Shown here: in pieces, positions 21,303 through 30,402 of the stretch
Layout of the letters: each line of letters starts with the position of its first letter
Numbering within the stretch: position 1 is the stretch's first letter
Origin: Deltaproteobacteria bacterium
GTDB taxonomy: Bacteria; Desulfobacterota; Desulfobacteria; Desulfobacterales; SG8-13
DNA: 64,000 nt
Assembly (NCBI GenBank): GCA_041299015.1
Contig: JBFYWB010000111.1
Span: 47 to 64,046 of the forward strand
Direction: 5' to 3'
Made by a program: the position numbers and the translations under genes
The notes under the pieces: model-generated
The model's input: the letters and a program-made list of their open reading frames with translations, nothing else
What the model was told of the DNA's origin: nothing
Database searches by the model: none

Positions 21303-21384
21303 CTCTTAACCTCCTTGCGCTTTTTGCGGCTCAAGTGATTCTCAACGCATACGGCCACCGACTCCTCATCATACCAAACCCGGA

Positions 21385-22377
21385 TCAACCGCCGATAGAG
21401 GACATCTGGCAGGAAACTCCGGAAGGCTCGTTGACCGCCAGATCATGGTCCGACGGTTTGTTTTCAACTGCCTGACGAAAAATCTCGGCCAGCTTCGCAT
21501 CCGATTCCCCGGCTCTGAGGGGTCCCTTCAGGTCGAGTTGGCGGTCCGACAGGAGGCAGGGGCGCAACTGGCCGCTGGCCGTCAGGCGCAGCCGGTTGCA
21601 ACTGCTGCAGAAATGGTGGCTCAAGGCGCTGATGAAACCGATTTCGCCGACGGCCCCCTCGAGTTTGAAGCGCTCGGCCGGACCATCGGCGGGATTTTTT
21701 TCGAGCGGCACCAGGGGGCCGATCTTTGCAATGCGAGCCTTTATTTCGGGAACCAAAATCGGCGGCCCGATACCGACGCGCGACTTACCGATCGGCATGT
21801 GTTCGATGAACCGGATATGATAGGCCTGCGAGCGGGTCAGACGGGCGAAATCGAGGAATTCATCGTCGTTGGTGCCGCGCAGGGCGACGACGTTCAACTT
21901 GATCGGATCGATCCCGGCAGCTCTGGCTGCCGTGATGCCGTTCCAAACCTTTTCGAAATAGTCCCTGCCGGTGATGTCGGCAAACTTATCCTTCTGCAAG
22001 GTGTCCAGGCTGACATTGATGCGCCGGATGCCGGCATCCTGAATGCAGCCGATATTTTCCTCGAGCAGCACACCGTTGGTCGTCAGCGTCACTTCTTCGA
22101 GACCGGGCAATCGGGATATGGCGGCCAGGAATTCGCAGACATCCTTGCGGACCAGCGGTTCACCACCGGTAATTCTAATCTTGGAGATCCCCAGATCGAC
22201 GCCGATCCGGACGATACGCAAAATCTCCTCGTAGCGCAGAATGTCCGTGTGGGGCAGCCGGGGGATCTGATCCGCTGGAACACAATAGACGCAGCGTAAA
22301 TTGCAGCGATCGGTGATTGAAATCCGCAGGTAGTTCAAGTGTCGATTGTAACGGTCGACAAGCCGACCAGATGACAT
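21385..22377 (-). CDS. moaA: GTP 3',8-cyclase (molybdenum cofactor biosynthesis radical-SAM enzyme).
   Basis: LRISITDRCNLRCVYCVP (CxxxCxxC), GGEPLVR and the C-terminal FCSSCNRLRLTASGQLRPCL second cluster. Confidence 0.95.
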   Translation of the reverse strand: MSSGRLVDRYNRHLNYLRISITDRCNLRCVYCVPADQIPRLPHTDILRYEEILRIVRIGVDLGISKIRITGGEPLVRKDVCEFLAAISRLPGLEEVTLTTNGVLLEENIGCIQDAGIRRINVSLDTLQKDKFADITGRDYFEKVWNGITAARAAGIDPIKLNVVALRGTNDDEFLDFARLTRSQAYHIRFIEHMPIGKSRVGIGPPILVPEIKARIAKIGPLVPLEKNPADGPAERFKLEGAVGEIGFISALSHHFCSSCNRLRLTASGQLRPCLLSDRQLDLKGPLRAGESDAKLAEIFRQAVENKPSDHDLAVNEPSGVSCQMSSIGG

Positions 22378-22409
22378 TCAGAGTGGTCCTTTGAAATTGT
22401 TCAGGCTGA

Positions 22410-22438
22410 ATTTAGCCTCGCTTTGCGAATGTGTCAAA
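22410..22438 (-). promoter_or_regulatory. Sigma-70-type promoter upstream of moaA.
   Basis: Minus strand TTGACA (22438..22433), 17 nt, then TAAATT (22415..22410). Confidence 0.5.
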
Positions 22439-22518
22439 TGGCGTCCGTCAAAATTGGAGCGATCGGTGTATATCGGGTTTGAACGCATTTTGGAGCGAGG
22501 GCGGATCTTTTCGGTTCT

Positions 22519-24063
22519 TCATCCGGCAGAGGCTTTCCGGTAGTGATCCACAATGGCTGCAACCAGTCCGGGGATCGTGAAGCTGTCGGCGGTGAGGTGG
22601 ACCTCGAATCCCTGTTCTCGGGCCGTCTCGGAAGTGATGGGGCCGATGCTGGCGATGGCGACCCCCCGGATTAACTCGTCGAAGCGGTCCTGCGGCAGCA
22701 GGGATTTGAAATTGGTCACCGTGGACGAACTGGTGAAGGTGATCATGTCGATGGATCCGGTGTCGAGCTCTTCGACGAGCCGGTCGGCGCGATCGGCGGC
22801 CGGCTGCGTTCGGTAGGCGGGCACCTCATCGACCACGGCCCCCATCTTCTCTAGCTGCTCCGGCAGGATCGGCCGTGCCTCGGCTGCCCGCGGCAGCAGG
22901 ATATTGCGGCCGGAAACGTCTTTCTTTTCGAAAGCGGCCAGCACCGATTCCGCCTGATAACTTTCCGGTACGATGTCGCTGGTCAAGCCGAATTCAAAGA
23001 GTTTTGCAGCCGTTGCCGGACCGATGGCGGCGGTGTTCACACGGCCCAGGGCTCTGACATCCCGGCCGCGGCCGAACAGCCGTTCGAAGAAGAATTTTAC
23101 GGCGTTGACGCTGGTGAAGATCAGCCAGTCGTATACGGCGATGCGATCGAGGGCCTGGTCCAGGGGGGCCCAGTCGACCGGCGGCGCGATTGCTATGGTG
23201 GGGTGTTCCACGCATTCGGCACCCAACTCGGACAGTCGCCGCGTTAGGTCGCTGGCCTGGGCCCGGGCGCGGGTCACGACGATGCGCTTCCCGAGCAGAG
23301 GGCGATTGTCGAACCACTTCATCCGGTCTCGCAAACGCACCACCTCACCGACCACGGTGATTGCCGGGGCCTTGAGACCGGCTTGCCGAACGCGATCGAC
23401 GATGTCGGTCAAGGTGCCGGAGACCGTCTGCTGGCGCGCCGTCGTCCCCCAGCGGATCAGTGCCGCCGGTGTGTCGGCCGGTTTGCCGTGCCGCATCAGG
23501 CTGGCCGTGATCTGCGGCAGGTTTTTTACCCCCATCAAAAAGACAAGGGTCCCGATCCCCTTCGCCAGCGATTCCCAGTCGATGGCTGCGGCCTCCTTTC
23601 CGGGTTCCTCGTGGCCGGTGATGAAGGCAACGCTCGACGCGTACCGGCGATGGGTCAACGGTATGCCGGCGTAAGCCGGGGCGGCTATGGCGGAGGTGAC
23701 GCCCGGCACGATTTCAAACGGGATGCCCGCATCGATCAGGACTTCCGCCTCTTCGCCCCCGCGACCGAAAATAAAGGGATCGCCGCCCTTCAGGCGCGCG
23801 ACCGTCGCACCTTCCCTGGCCTTAGCCACGAGCAGGTCGTTGATGCCGTCCTGCGAAAGCGTGTGGTCGCCGCCCTTTTTGCCGACGTAGATAAGTTCGG
23901 CATTCTCACGGACATGCCGCAGCAGACTCGGTGCGGCCAGGTAGTCGTATACGATCACATCGGCGCTGCGGATGATCTCGAGTCCCCTGACGGTGATCAA
24001 CCCCGGGTCCCCTGGACCCGCGCCCACCAGAAAAACCATGCCTTTTGGCGCCTTATTTTCCAT
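22519..24063 (-). CDS. Bifunctional uroporphyrinogen-III C-methyltransferase / uroporphyrinogen-III synthase (CobA/HemD fusion).
   Basis: Start at MENKAPKGMVFLVGAGPGDPGLITVRG (SUMT motif). The C-terminal half (RIVVTRARAQASDL...FTSVNAV...ITFTSSSTV) is HemD-like. The track start at 24201 is over-extended into hemC. Confidence 0.9.
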   Translation of the reverse strand: MENKAPKGMVFLVGAGPGDPGLITVRGLEIIRSADVIVYDYLAAPSLLRHVRENAELIYVGKKGGDHTLSQDGINDLLVAKAREGATVARLKGGDPFIFGRGGEEAEVLIDAGIPFEIVPGVTSAIAAPAYAGIPLTHRRYASSVAFITGHEEPGKEAAAIDWESLAKGIGTLVFLMGVKNLPQITASLMRHGKPADTPAALIRWGTTARQQTVSGTLTDIVDRVRQAGLKAPAITVVGEVVRLRDRMKWFDNRPLLGKRIVVTRARAQASDLTRRLSELGAECVEHPTIAIAPPVDWAPLDQALDRIAVYDWLIFTSVNAVKFFFERLFGRGRDVRALGRVNTAAIGPATAAKLFEFGLTSDIVPESYQAESVLAAFEKKDVSGRNILLPRAAEARPILPEQLEKMGAVVDEVPAYRTQPAADRADRLVEELDTGSIDMITFTSSSTVTNFKSLLPQDRFDELIRGVAIASIGPITSETAREQGFEVHLTADSFTIPGLVAAIVDHYRKASAG

Positions 24064-24991
24064 ATGCGACCAGCTTTTCCAAAACCTCTGCGGCGCCTTG
24101 GCCAAGGAGCCGTTCGGCGAGTTCGCGTCCGATCCCTTCAGCGGCCTGTGCCGGACCGCTGTGTCGATCCCGGTAAACGGTCCGGCCGTCGATATCCGCA
24201 ACCAGTCCCTGCAGGTTCAACCGGTCGCCGTCGATCGTGCCGAGGGCGGCAATCGGCACCTGGCAGCTGCCCCCCAGGCGATGCAGAAACGACCGTTCGC
24301 CCAGAACGGCCAGGCGCGTCGGCGCGTGGTTCAGTACGGTCAGCTTTTCGGCAACCCCGTGATCATCCTGCCGGATTTCGATGCACAGAGCCCCTTGACC
24401 GGCCGCCGGCAGCATGAGCCTGTCTTCGAGCTGTTCGGTGATGCGATGCGCCAGCTCGAGACGCCGCACGCCGGCGGCTGCCAGAACGATGGCATCGAGT
24501 TCTTCGGCGGGATCATCCAGTTTTCTCACGCGGGTGTCCACATTGCCCCGCAGCGGCCGGATCTCGATATCGGGGCGGGCACAGCGCAACTGGGCCGCCC
24601 GTCTCAGACTGCTGGTACCGATTCGGGCCGAAAGGGCCAATCGTGCAAACGGCGTGTCGTGTTTGGCGATGAGAACATCGGCAGGATTTTCACGGGGTGG
24701 CACCGGACCGATGCACAGCCCCTGCGGCAGTTCGGCCGGCATGTCTTTCATGCTGTGGACTGCCAGATCGATTTGACCTTGTAAAAGAGCCTCTTCGATT
24801 TCCTTGACGAACAGACCCTTGCCGCCGACACCGGCCAGCGGGACGTCGAGTATCTTGTCGCCTCGGGTGGTGATGGTGACGAGCTGGATCACAAGCGAAG
24901 GGTCGGATTTGAGCAGTTCGGCTTGAACCCAGTGGGCCTGCCACAGGGCGAGGGCGCTCTTTCTGGTCCCGATTCTGAGAAGATTTCTCAT
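24053..24991 (-). CDS. hemC: Hydroxymethylbilane synthase (porphobilinogen deaminase).
   Basis: MRNLLRIGTRKSALALWQA..., TTRGD, GGKGLFVKEIE, DLAVHSMKD and the cofactor-binding Cys region GGSCQVP. Confidence 0.95.
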   Translation of the reverse strand: MRNLLRIGTRKSALALWQAHWVQAELLKSDPSLVIQLVTITTRGDKILDVPLAGVGGKGLFVKEIEEALLQGQIDLAVHSMKDMPAELPQGLCIGPVPPRENPADVLIAKHDTPFARLALSARIGTSSLRRAAQLRCARPDIEIRPLRGNVDTRVRKLDDPAEELDAIVLAAAGVRRLELAHRITEQLEDRLMLPAAGQGALCIEIRQDDHGVAEKLTVLNHAPTRLAVLGERSFLHRLGGSCQVPIAALGTIDGDRLNLQGLVADIDGRTVYRDRHSGPAQAAEGIGRELAERLLGQGAAEVLEKLVAYGK

Positions 24992-24993
24992 GA

Positions 24994-25218
24994 TCAGTGG
25001 CCGCAGCCCGAACAACTGGTCGCCGAACATCCGCTGCACGAAGACCCGGCCGACCGGGAAACCGTCTGACCGCCGCCTTTGCTGACAAAGCCGCAGGCCG
25101 ACATCAGGCGACAGACATCGGCGCCCTTACAGGCGGGACAGTCCGGTTTCTCTTCTCCAAAGACCAGACACTCGAAATCCGCGTTGCATTTCAGGCAGTG
25201 GTACTCGTAAATCGGCAT
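24994..25218 (-). CDS. FmdB-family zinc-ribbon putative regulatory protein.
   Basis: MPIYEYHCLKCNADFECLVFGEEKPDCPACKG... is the canonical FmdB/CxxC_CxxC_SSSS N-terminus, followed by a Cys/Ser/Gly-rich tail. Confidence 0.9.
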   Translation of the reverse strand: MPIYEYHCLKCNADFECLVFGEEKPDCPACKGADVCRLMSACGFVSKGGGQTVSRSAGSSCSGCSATSCSGCGH

Positions 25219-25316
25219 GACAGTATCTCCTTGACGACAGCGACAGGGCGCGTGTTTTTAGAAAAAAGTCTTATCGAAGCGCAAACATTAAACAACCCGT
25301 ATAAAAAATCAAGGCT

Positions 25317-25898
25317 TTATACTTGGAATTGATTCGGAAAGAGGCTGCGCTCCACCAGTTCGCACAGGATGTGCGCCATGATCAGGTGAGTTTCCTGGAT
25401 GCGGGCGGTCGAATCAGAGGCCACGGTCAGCGCCAGGTCGGCCAGCGCGGCCAGTCGGCCTCCGCGGCCGGTCATCGCGATGGTGGTCAGCTTCTTTTTC
25501 ACTGCCGCCTCGACACCCCGTAAAATGTTCACCGAATTGCCGCTGGTGCTGATGGCCCAGGCGACATCGCCTTCTCTCCCCAGGGCTTGAATCTGTTTGG
25601 AAAAAATGTCGTCGAAACAGTAGTCATTGCCGATGCTGGTGAGAATCGAGGTGTCGGTCGTGAGGGCAATGGCCGCCAGGGGGGGCCGTTCGATGCCGAA
25701 GCGGTTGACGAATTCGGCGGCAATGTGCTGGGCGTCGGCCGCACTGCCGCCGTTTCCGAAGATAAGCACCTTACAGCCCCCGGTCAGGCATTCGGCCAGG
25801 CGGTGAGCGCCGGTTTTGAGCCGGTCCAGGTTGGCCTTGACGGAGCGGTCTTTGACGGCCAGGCTTTCGGCCAGGATGGCGAGGATCAGCTTTTCCAT
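25317..25898 (-). CDS. gmhA: SIS-domain D-sedoheptulose-7-phosphate isomerase (GmhA/DiaA family).
   Basis: IFGNGGSAADAQHIAAEFVNRF..., ALTTDTSILTSIGNDY and ISTSGNS. Confidence 0.85.
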   Translation of the reverse strand: MEKLILAILAESLAVKDRSVKANLDRLKTGAHRLAECLTGGCKVLIFGNGGSAADAQHIAAEFVNRFGIERPPLAAIALTTDTSILTSIGNDYCFDDIFSKQIQALGREGDVAWAISTSGNSVNILRGVEAAVKKKLTTIAMTGRGGRLAALADLALTVASDSTARIQETHLIMAHILCELVERSLFPNQFQV

Positions 25899-25901
25899 TT
25901 T

Positions 25902-27257
25902 TTAAGAGGCTTTGTCCAGCAGCCGGTCCTGGACTTCCGCGAGTTGCGCTGCGGAATCACACCCCAGATCGACGGCGGTCTGGAATTCTTTGCGGGCTTC
26001 CGTCAAGCGGTCGTCTTTCAGGTAAAGGCTGCCGAGGCGATGGTGATAGAGACCGTTGTTGGGAGCGAGTGCGACGCTGTGCCGGCAAAAAAGCGTTGCG
26101 ATATCGGCGTTTTTATCCATCGTGTGATACAGCCAGCCCAGGCCGGAGAGGGAAGCGGCGTCGTTGGCGTTGAGCCGCAGCGATTTTTTATAGGCCGTGA
26201 TGGCTTCGTCCCTTAAGTTGAGAGCGGCATAGCACTCCCCGAGAAGAGAAAAAACGGCGCTCGATTGCGGCTGCATGGCGGCGGCCGATTCGAGGTAGTA
26301 TCGACCTTTTTCAGGGTCGCCGTCTTCGAGGGAGATTCTGCCCAACTGCAATTTGACTTCGAAGAGAGTGTGGGGCCGATTGTCGGCTTCGAGCAGGTGC
26401 GTACGGGCCTTGTCGCGTTCCTTTAGGAGGAGTTGGACGAGGCCGGCATTGTAATGGGCCAGGGCCTCTTCGGCATCCAGGGTTATTGCCGCCTTAAACT
26501 GGGCCAGGGCGCTCGCGAATTCCCCGGTCACGCCATAACAAACGCCCAGGCTGTTGTGCAGGTTCGCGTTGGCCGGGTCGAGTGTCAGGGCTGTACTGTA
26601 CTCGTCGATGGCCTTCTGATACTCGCCTTGGTCGTAGAGCCGATCGCCGCTGATATTGAGGCTGATGGCATCAAAGGAGACCAAGCTGTCGGGACCGAAG
26701 AATTTTGCATGTTCGAGGGCCTTGCGGGCATTGGCGAGGATTTTGTCCTTGGAATAGTCGAGGGTAGGGAAGAAGGCCAGGCCGATCGTAACCGTGGGAC
26801 CGGCGCCCAGCTTTGTTTTGATCTCCGTTTTGATCTTCTCGAGCAGGTTCGGCGCCGCCGACGGGTTGCCGCCAGGCAGATAACATCCGAAGGTGGTTGA
26901 ATCGAGCAGCCCCCAGAGACCGGCCGTCGATCGGCAAGCCGTTTCGAGGGCGCCGGCGACAGCGGTTGGGAGGTTCGGTTCGGGTCCGACGGTTCCGCCT
27001 GCGACCGGGCAGGCGTCGATTTGGACCACAAACGCCGCAAATTCAGGGACTTCTTCCAGGCTGCTCATGGCGCGAACCAGGAGCGATTTGCCGCTGAGCA
27101 GGTGAGGATAGTTCAGCCGCAGCGCATCTGCTTTCTCATCCGGTTCGACCGCACCCGCCGATCGGGGGGCGGCGTCGGATCGGGCTTTTGAGAGGAGAAA
27201 GTTACGGGCGGCGTTGGTGTCGGGGGTCACTCGGTTCGGTTCGCGCGTCATTGCCAC
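25902..27257 (-). CDS. Degenerate GGDEF-like domain fused to TPR repeats.
   Basis: The N-terminal half is collinear with a GGDEF fold, but the signature is replaced (GLLDSTTFGCYLPG in place of GRxGGDEFxxLLPG). ARKALEHAKFFGPDSLVSFD resembles the usual ADxALYxAKxxGRNR end. The C-terminal half has about 6 TPR units. Confidence 0.7.
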   Translation of the reverse strand: MAMTREPNRVTPDTNAARNFLLSKARSDAAPRSAGAVEPDEKADALRLNYPHLLSGKSLLVRAMSSLEEVPEFAAFVVQIDACPVAGGTVGPEPNLPTAVAGALETACRSTAGLWGLLDSTTFGCYLPGGNPSAAPNLLEKIKTEIKTKLGAGPTVTIGLAFFPTLDYSKDKILANARKALEHAKFFGPDSLVSFDAISLNISGDRLYDQGEYQKAIDEYSTALTLDPANANLHNSLGVCYGVTGEFASALAQFKAAITLDAEEALAHYNAGLVQLLLKERDKARTHLLEADNRPHTLFEVKLQLGRISLEDGDPEKGRYYLESAAAMQPQSSAVFSLLGECYAALNLRDEAITAYKKSLRLNANDAASLSGLGWLYHTMDKNADIATLFCRHSVALAPNNGLYHHRLGSLYLKDDRLTEARKEFQTAVDLGCDSAAQLAEVQDRLLDKAS

Positions 27258-27271
27258 TCCTTGGTTCCTCC

Positions 27272-28687
27272 TCAGGTCAGTAGAGTTTCGAATGCGCTTC
27301 GGATGGTTTCCAAGTCGTCGTCCTGCAGGGTCCGCATGTCCATGATATACATGTCAGCCTCGATTCTGCCGATAATCGGGGGTGAATTCAGACGCAGACG
27401 TTTTTCGATCGTGTTGGCCGACAACCCGTCGATACGGACGCCCAGGCCCTTGCTGGGCAGTTCCAGCAACGGCAGCGAGCCGCCGCCGGGCCGCGAGACG
27501 ATATCCAGCAACCTGACGGTCAACCGGTTTGGCCCGGTGTTTTCCAGCAAAGTTTTCAGACATCCGGCTTTTGCTTCCAGGGTCGTGATCGGTTGCAGCA
27601 TCATGCGCAGGGTAGGAATCGCCTGCACCGCCTTGGCTTCATCCCGATACAGCCTCAGGGTGCTTTCCAGGGCCGCCAGGGTCAGCTTGTCGATCCGCAG
27701 CGCGCGCGTGATCGGGTTTTTCTTGATCCGGTCGATAACCGTCTTTTTCCCGATCATCAAACCGGCCTGGGGACCGCCGAGAAGCTTGTCGCCGCTGAAG
27801 GTGACGATGTCGGCTCCGGCCGCCGCCGATTCCTGCACCGTCGGCTCTTTGAGCAGTCCGTAACGCGAAAAGTCGATGAACGTGCCGCTGCCAAGATCCT
27901 CCATGACCGGAATCCGGTGTTTCCGGCCCAATTCGACGAGTTCCTTGAGGGAGACCTCGGCCGAAAATCCGACGACGCTGTAGTTGCTTTTATGAACTTT
28001 CAGCAGCAGGGCGGTCCGCTCGTCGATGGCGCTCTCGTAGTCCCGCAGGTGCGTGCGGTTGGTGGTTCCGACTTCGCAAAGCAAGCCCCCGCTTTTGGTC
28101 ATGACGTCCGGGATGCGGAAGGAGCCGCCGATTTCAACCAGTTCGCCCCGCGAGACGATGACCTTTTTACCGGCGGCCAGCGTCTCCAATGCGAGCAGGA
28201 CCGCCCCGGCGTTGTTGTTGACCACCATGGCCGACTCGGCGCCGCTGATTTCGCAGATGACATCCTCCACAAGGGTATAGCGGGAACCGCGACGGCCCTT
28301 GTCGAGGTCGAATTCGAGATTCGAATACCGGCGGCCGACCGTGCAAAGGTGATCGATGGCGGTTTCGGCCAGCAGCGAGCGGCCAAGATTGGTATGGATG
28401 ACGATTCCGGTGGCATTGACCGTTGTGCGCAGGTTCAGGGACAGCGATCGCCGGACCAAAGCCTTGACGTCGGTTATGACCGCCGTGTCGGCCAAAATAT
28501 CGTCGCTGCGCGCGGGGTCCTGCGCGATAATTTGCCGGCGACGGTCGCCGAGAACCGATCGAATCGAGCGGATGAGCACCGAGCGGGGGGCCCCTTCAAA
28601 AAACGGGTCGGATTTGGCGAGTTCGAGCACGCGGTCGACTCCCGGCAGATTCCGCAAGCCCTGTTTCTGATGCTGGTTGAGATTCAT
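27272..28687 (-). CDS. selA: L-seryl-tRNA(Sec) selenium transferase.
   Basis: MNLNQHQKQGLRNLPGVDRVLE..., VNATGIVIHTNLGRS, VNNNAGAVLLAL, SRGELVEIGGSFRIPDVM, KVHKSNY and FSGDKLLGGPQAG (PLP Lys). GGGAGA RBS before ATG 28687. Confidence 0.93.
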   Translation of the reverse strand: MNLNQHQKQGLRNLPGVDRVLELAKSDPFFEGAPRSVLIRSIRSVLGDRRRQIIAQDPARSDDILADTAVITDVKALVRRSLSLNLRTTVNATGIVIHTNLGRSLLAETAIDHLCTVGRRYSNLEFDLDKGRRGSRYTLVEDVICEISGAESAMVVNNNAGAVLLALETLAAGKKVIVSRGELVEIGGSFRIPDVMTKSGGLLCEVGTTNRTHLRDYESAIDERTALLLKVHKSNYSVVGFSAEVSLKELVELGRKHRIPVMEDLGSGTFIDFSRYGLLKEPTVQESAAAGADIVTFSGDKLLGGPQAGLMIGKKTVIDRIKKNPITRALRIDKLTLAALESTLRLYRDEAKAVQAIPTLRMMLQPITTLEAKAGCLKTLLENTGPNRLTVRLLDIVSRPGGGSLPLLELPSKGLGVRIDGLSANTIEKRLRLNSPPIIGRIEADMYIMDMRTLQDDDLETIRSAFETLLT

Positions 28688-28792
28688 TTCATCTCCCGGC
28701 AGACGTTCCGTTTTCACGTGGCGGGGGCGAATCAGTTGGTTTCAAACCGCATGCCCGCGACCGCCGCCGGAGGGAGACGGCCGCAAGAGTTA

Positions 28793-30145
28793 TCAGCCTC
28801 CGAACGCCGGGGTGGTTTGTGTTTCGACATCGAACAGGGTTTGCGGGATGAGATCGATGACTTCCGCGAGGTCGTCGGGCTGCAGACCGAGCCGGTGCAT
28901 TCGGTTTTCAATCGACCCGCTGCTCATCCCTTCAAGTTCGAGACCGGTATTGAATCTGGCCATGAGAAGATCGGCCAGGAAGACGATGTGCGCCAGTTCG
29001 GTATGCGGCAAGGATTTTTCGGGCTCGTGGTGATGGGCGATCGTGGTGCGTAAGGATTGCGGAAAAGACCACATTTCAGCCAGCTCGCGGCCGACCGCGG
29101 CGTGATCGGTACCGAAAATCTCCCTTTCGATTTTGATCGAGGACGCTTCCGCGCAATTCAATTTTCGGTAGAAGAGCGGATAGGCGGATGCAATGAACTG
29201 GTCGAGCACCACCTTGCCGATGTCGTGCAGCAACCCGGCCGTGTAGGCCGTCGACACCGGCACCTTACCGGTAAAATGGGCGATTTTTTCGGCGGTCAGC
29301 GCCGTGCCGACGGCGTGGTGAAACAGTCCGCCCATGCACAACGAATAGCCGTTGCCGGCGGCATCGAAAAATTCGTTGACCGCGGCCGAGATGATCATTC
29401 TGAAAAATAGGTTTTCACCGAGGAACACGAGCGCGTGGTCCAGCGATTCGATTCTGTTTGTCTTGGCAAACATCGCCGAGTTGCAGAGTTGAAGGGTTCG
29501 GGCGCTCAAGACCTGGTCCTTCTTTATTTCCGCGGCAATCGGTTGGATATCGTCGATGCCCGCGTCGATCATATGAAGGATTTTCAGAGCCACCTGCGGT
29601 ATCGGCTTGATCTTCTCCGTGGCCCGTTGGATTTCGGCCGGATCGGGCAATGGGCCGGATTGGTCGGCGACGTCCTTTGCCTGCCCCAGTGGTTCGATGC
29701 GAAAAGTCCAGTTTTCCATGTCGAGACGCAGACAACAGGTAAAGAAACCGCCGGTTTCCGAGTGGACGATCGGAATGTCTTCAGCGGCGAGAATCGATTC
29801 GACCACCTCGGCTGTGCGGCCGCCGATGTTGAGGTCCAAATCCGTCGCGTTCAGGGGGCCTACAAGCGCGCCGCCGGCAATGACCGCCGTCAGTTGTTCC
29901 CGGACGGCGCCGGCTTCATAAAGCGTCGTGAGAAAAAGGGGCATGCCGGTGCTGGCATAGCGGGCATCGGCCTGTTCCCGGCCGAAGCCCGCCGGCTCGG
30001 GCAGCAGCAGGTGAATCATTCCGCCGACGCCGCTTTTGGCATCGAACACGGCGACGCCCACGCAGGTCCCGAGAAAAGCCTGCAGCAAGACCGGTCGGGA
30101 GGGTCCCACAAAATAACCACCGGAAGGTATCGTCTGTTTTGGCAT
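28793..30145 (-). CDS. CheD-like deamidase domain fused to an HDOD domain.
   Basis: The N-terminal part reads LLQAFLGTCVGVAVFDAKSGVGGMIHLLLPEP...GGALVGP...IGGRTAEVV...ETGGFF, the CheD pattern with Cys and His retained. The C-terminal part reads IPQVALKILHMID...IAAEIKKDQVLSARTLQLCNSAMF...LHDIGKVVL (HDOD). Confidence 0.8.
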   Translation of the reverse strand: MPKQTIPSGGYFVGPSRPVLLQAFLGTCVGVAVFDAKSGVGGMIHLLLPEPAGFGREQADARYASTGMPLFLTTLYEAGAVREQLTAVIAGGALVGPLNATDLDLNIGGRTAEVVESILAAEDIPIVHSETGGFFTCCLRLDMENWTFRIEPLGQAKDVADQSGPLPDPAEIQRATEKIKPIPQVALKILHMIDAGIDDIQPIAAEIKKDQVLSARTLQLCNSAMFAKTNRIESLDHALVFLGENLFFRMIISAAVNEFFDAAGNGYSLCMGGLFHHAVGTALTAEKIAHFTGKVPVSTAYTAGLLHDIGKVVLDQFIASAYPLFYRKLNCAEASSIKIEREIFGTDHAAVGRELAEMWSFPQSLRTTIAHHHEPEKSLPHTELAHIVFLADLLMARFNTGLELEGMSSGSIENRMHRLGLQPDDLAEVIDLIPQTLFDVETQTTPAFGG

Positions 30146-30402
30146 TGCGAAGCTTATCCGATTTCATCCCGATTAGTGGTGGACAGGCACCGCCACGATG
30201 GCGCCACCATGAATTTATACCACTCAAAAGTACTTTAATTCAATAGATTTCTTTACTCAAGAGGCGTGAGCGCAAAAGGGCTTTATCTGAGCGCTGTTTT
30301 CGTTTATGGTATCGCCTGCGCCGGATGCCGGTGTCCGCTCGGCGCACCGGGCCGCTGGTGGATCCCGGTTCTTCAAGGACCCCGATGGGCAAGGAGAGGC
30401 AG

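Noticed and set aside
22378-22518. A possible Moco riboswitch upstream of moaA.
   Set aside because: I could not find the conserved Moco-motif elements. Only a plausible sigma-70 promoter is visible. A cmscan would be needed for certainty.
28740-28765. A TTTCAAA motif (a possible UCA anticodon loop) next to selA, considered as a tRNA-Sec candidate.
   Set aside because: The flanking bases do not form an anticodon stem (GTTGG versus CCGCA), and no acceptor or T-arm can be drawn. The region is the selA 5' leader.
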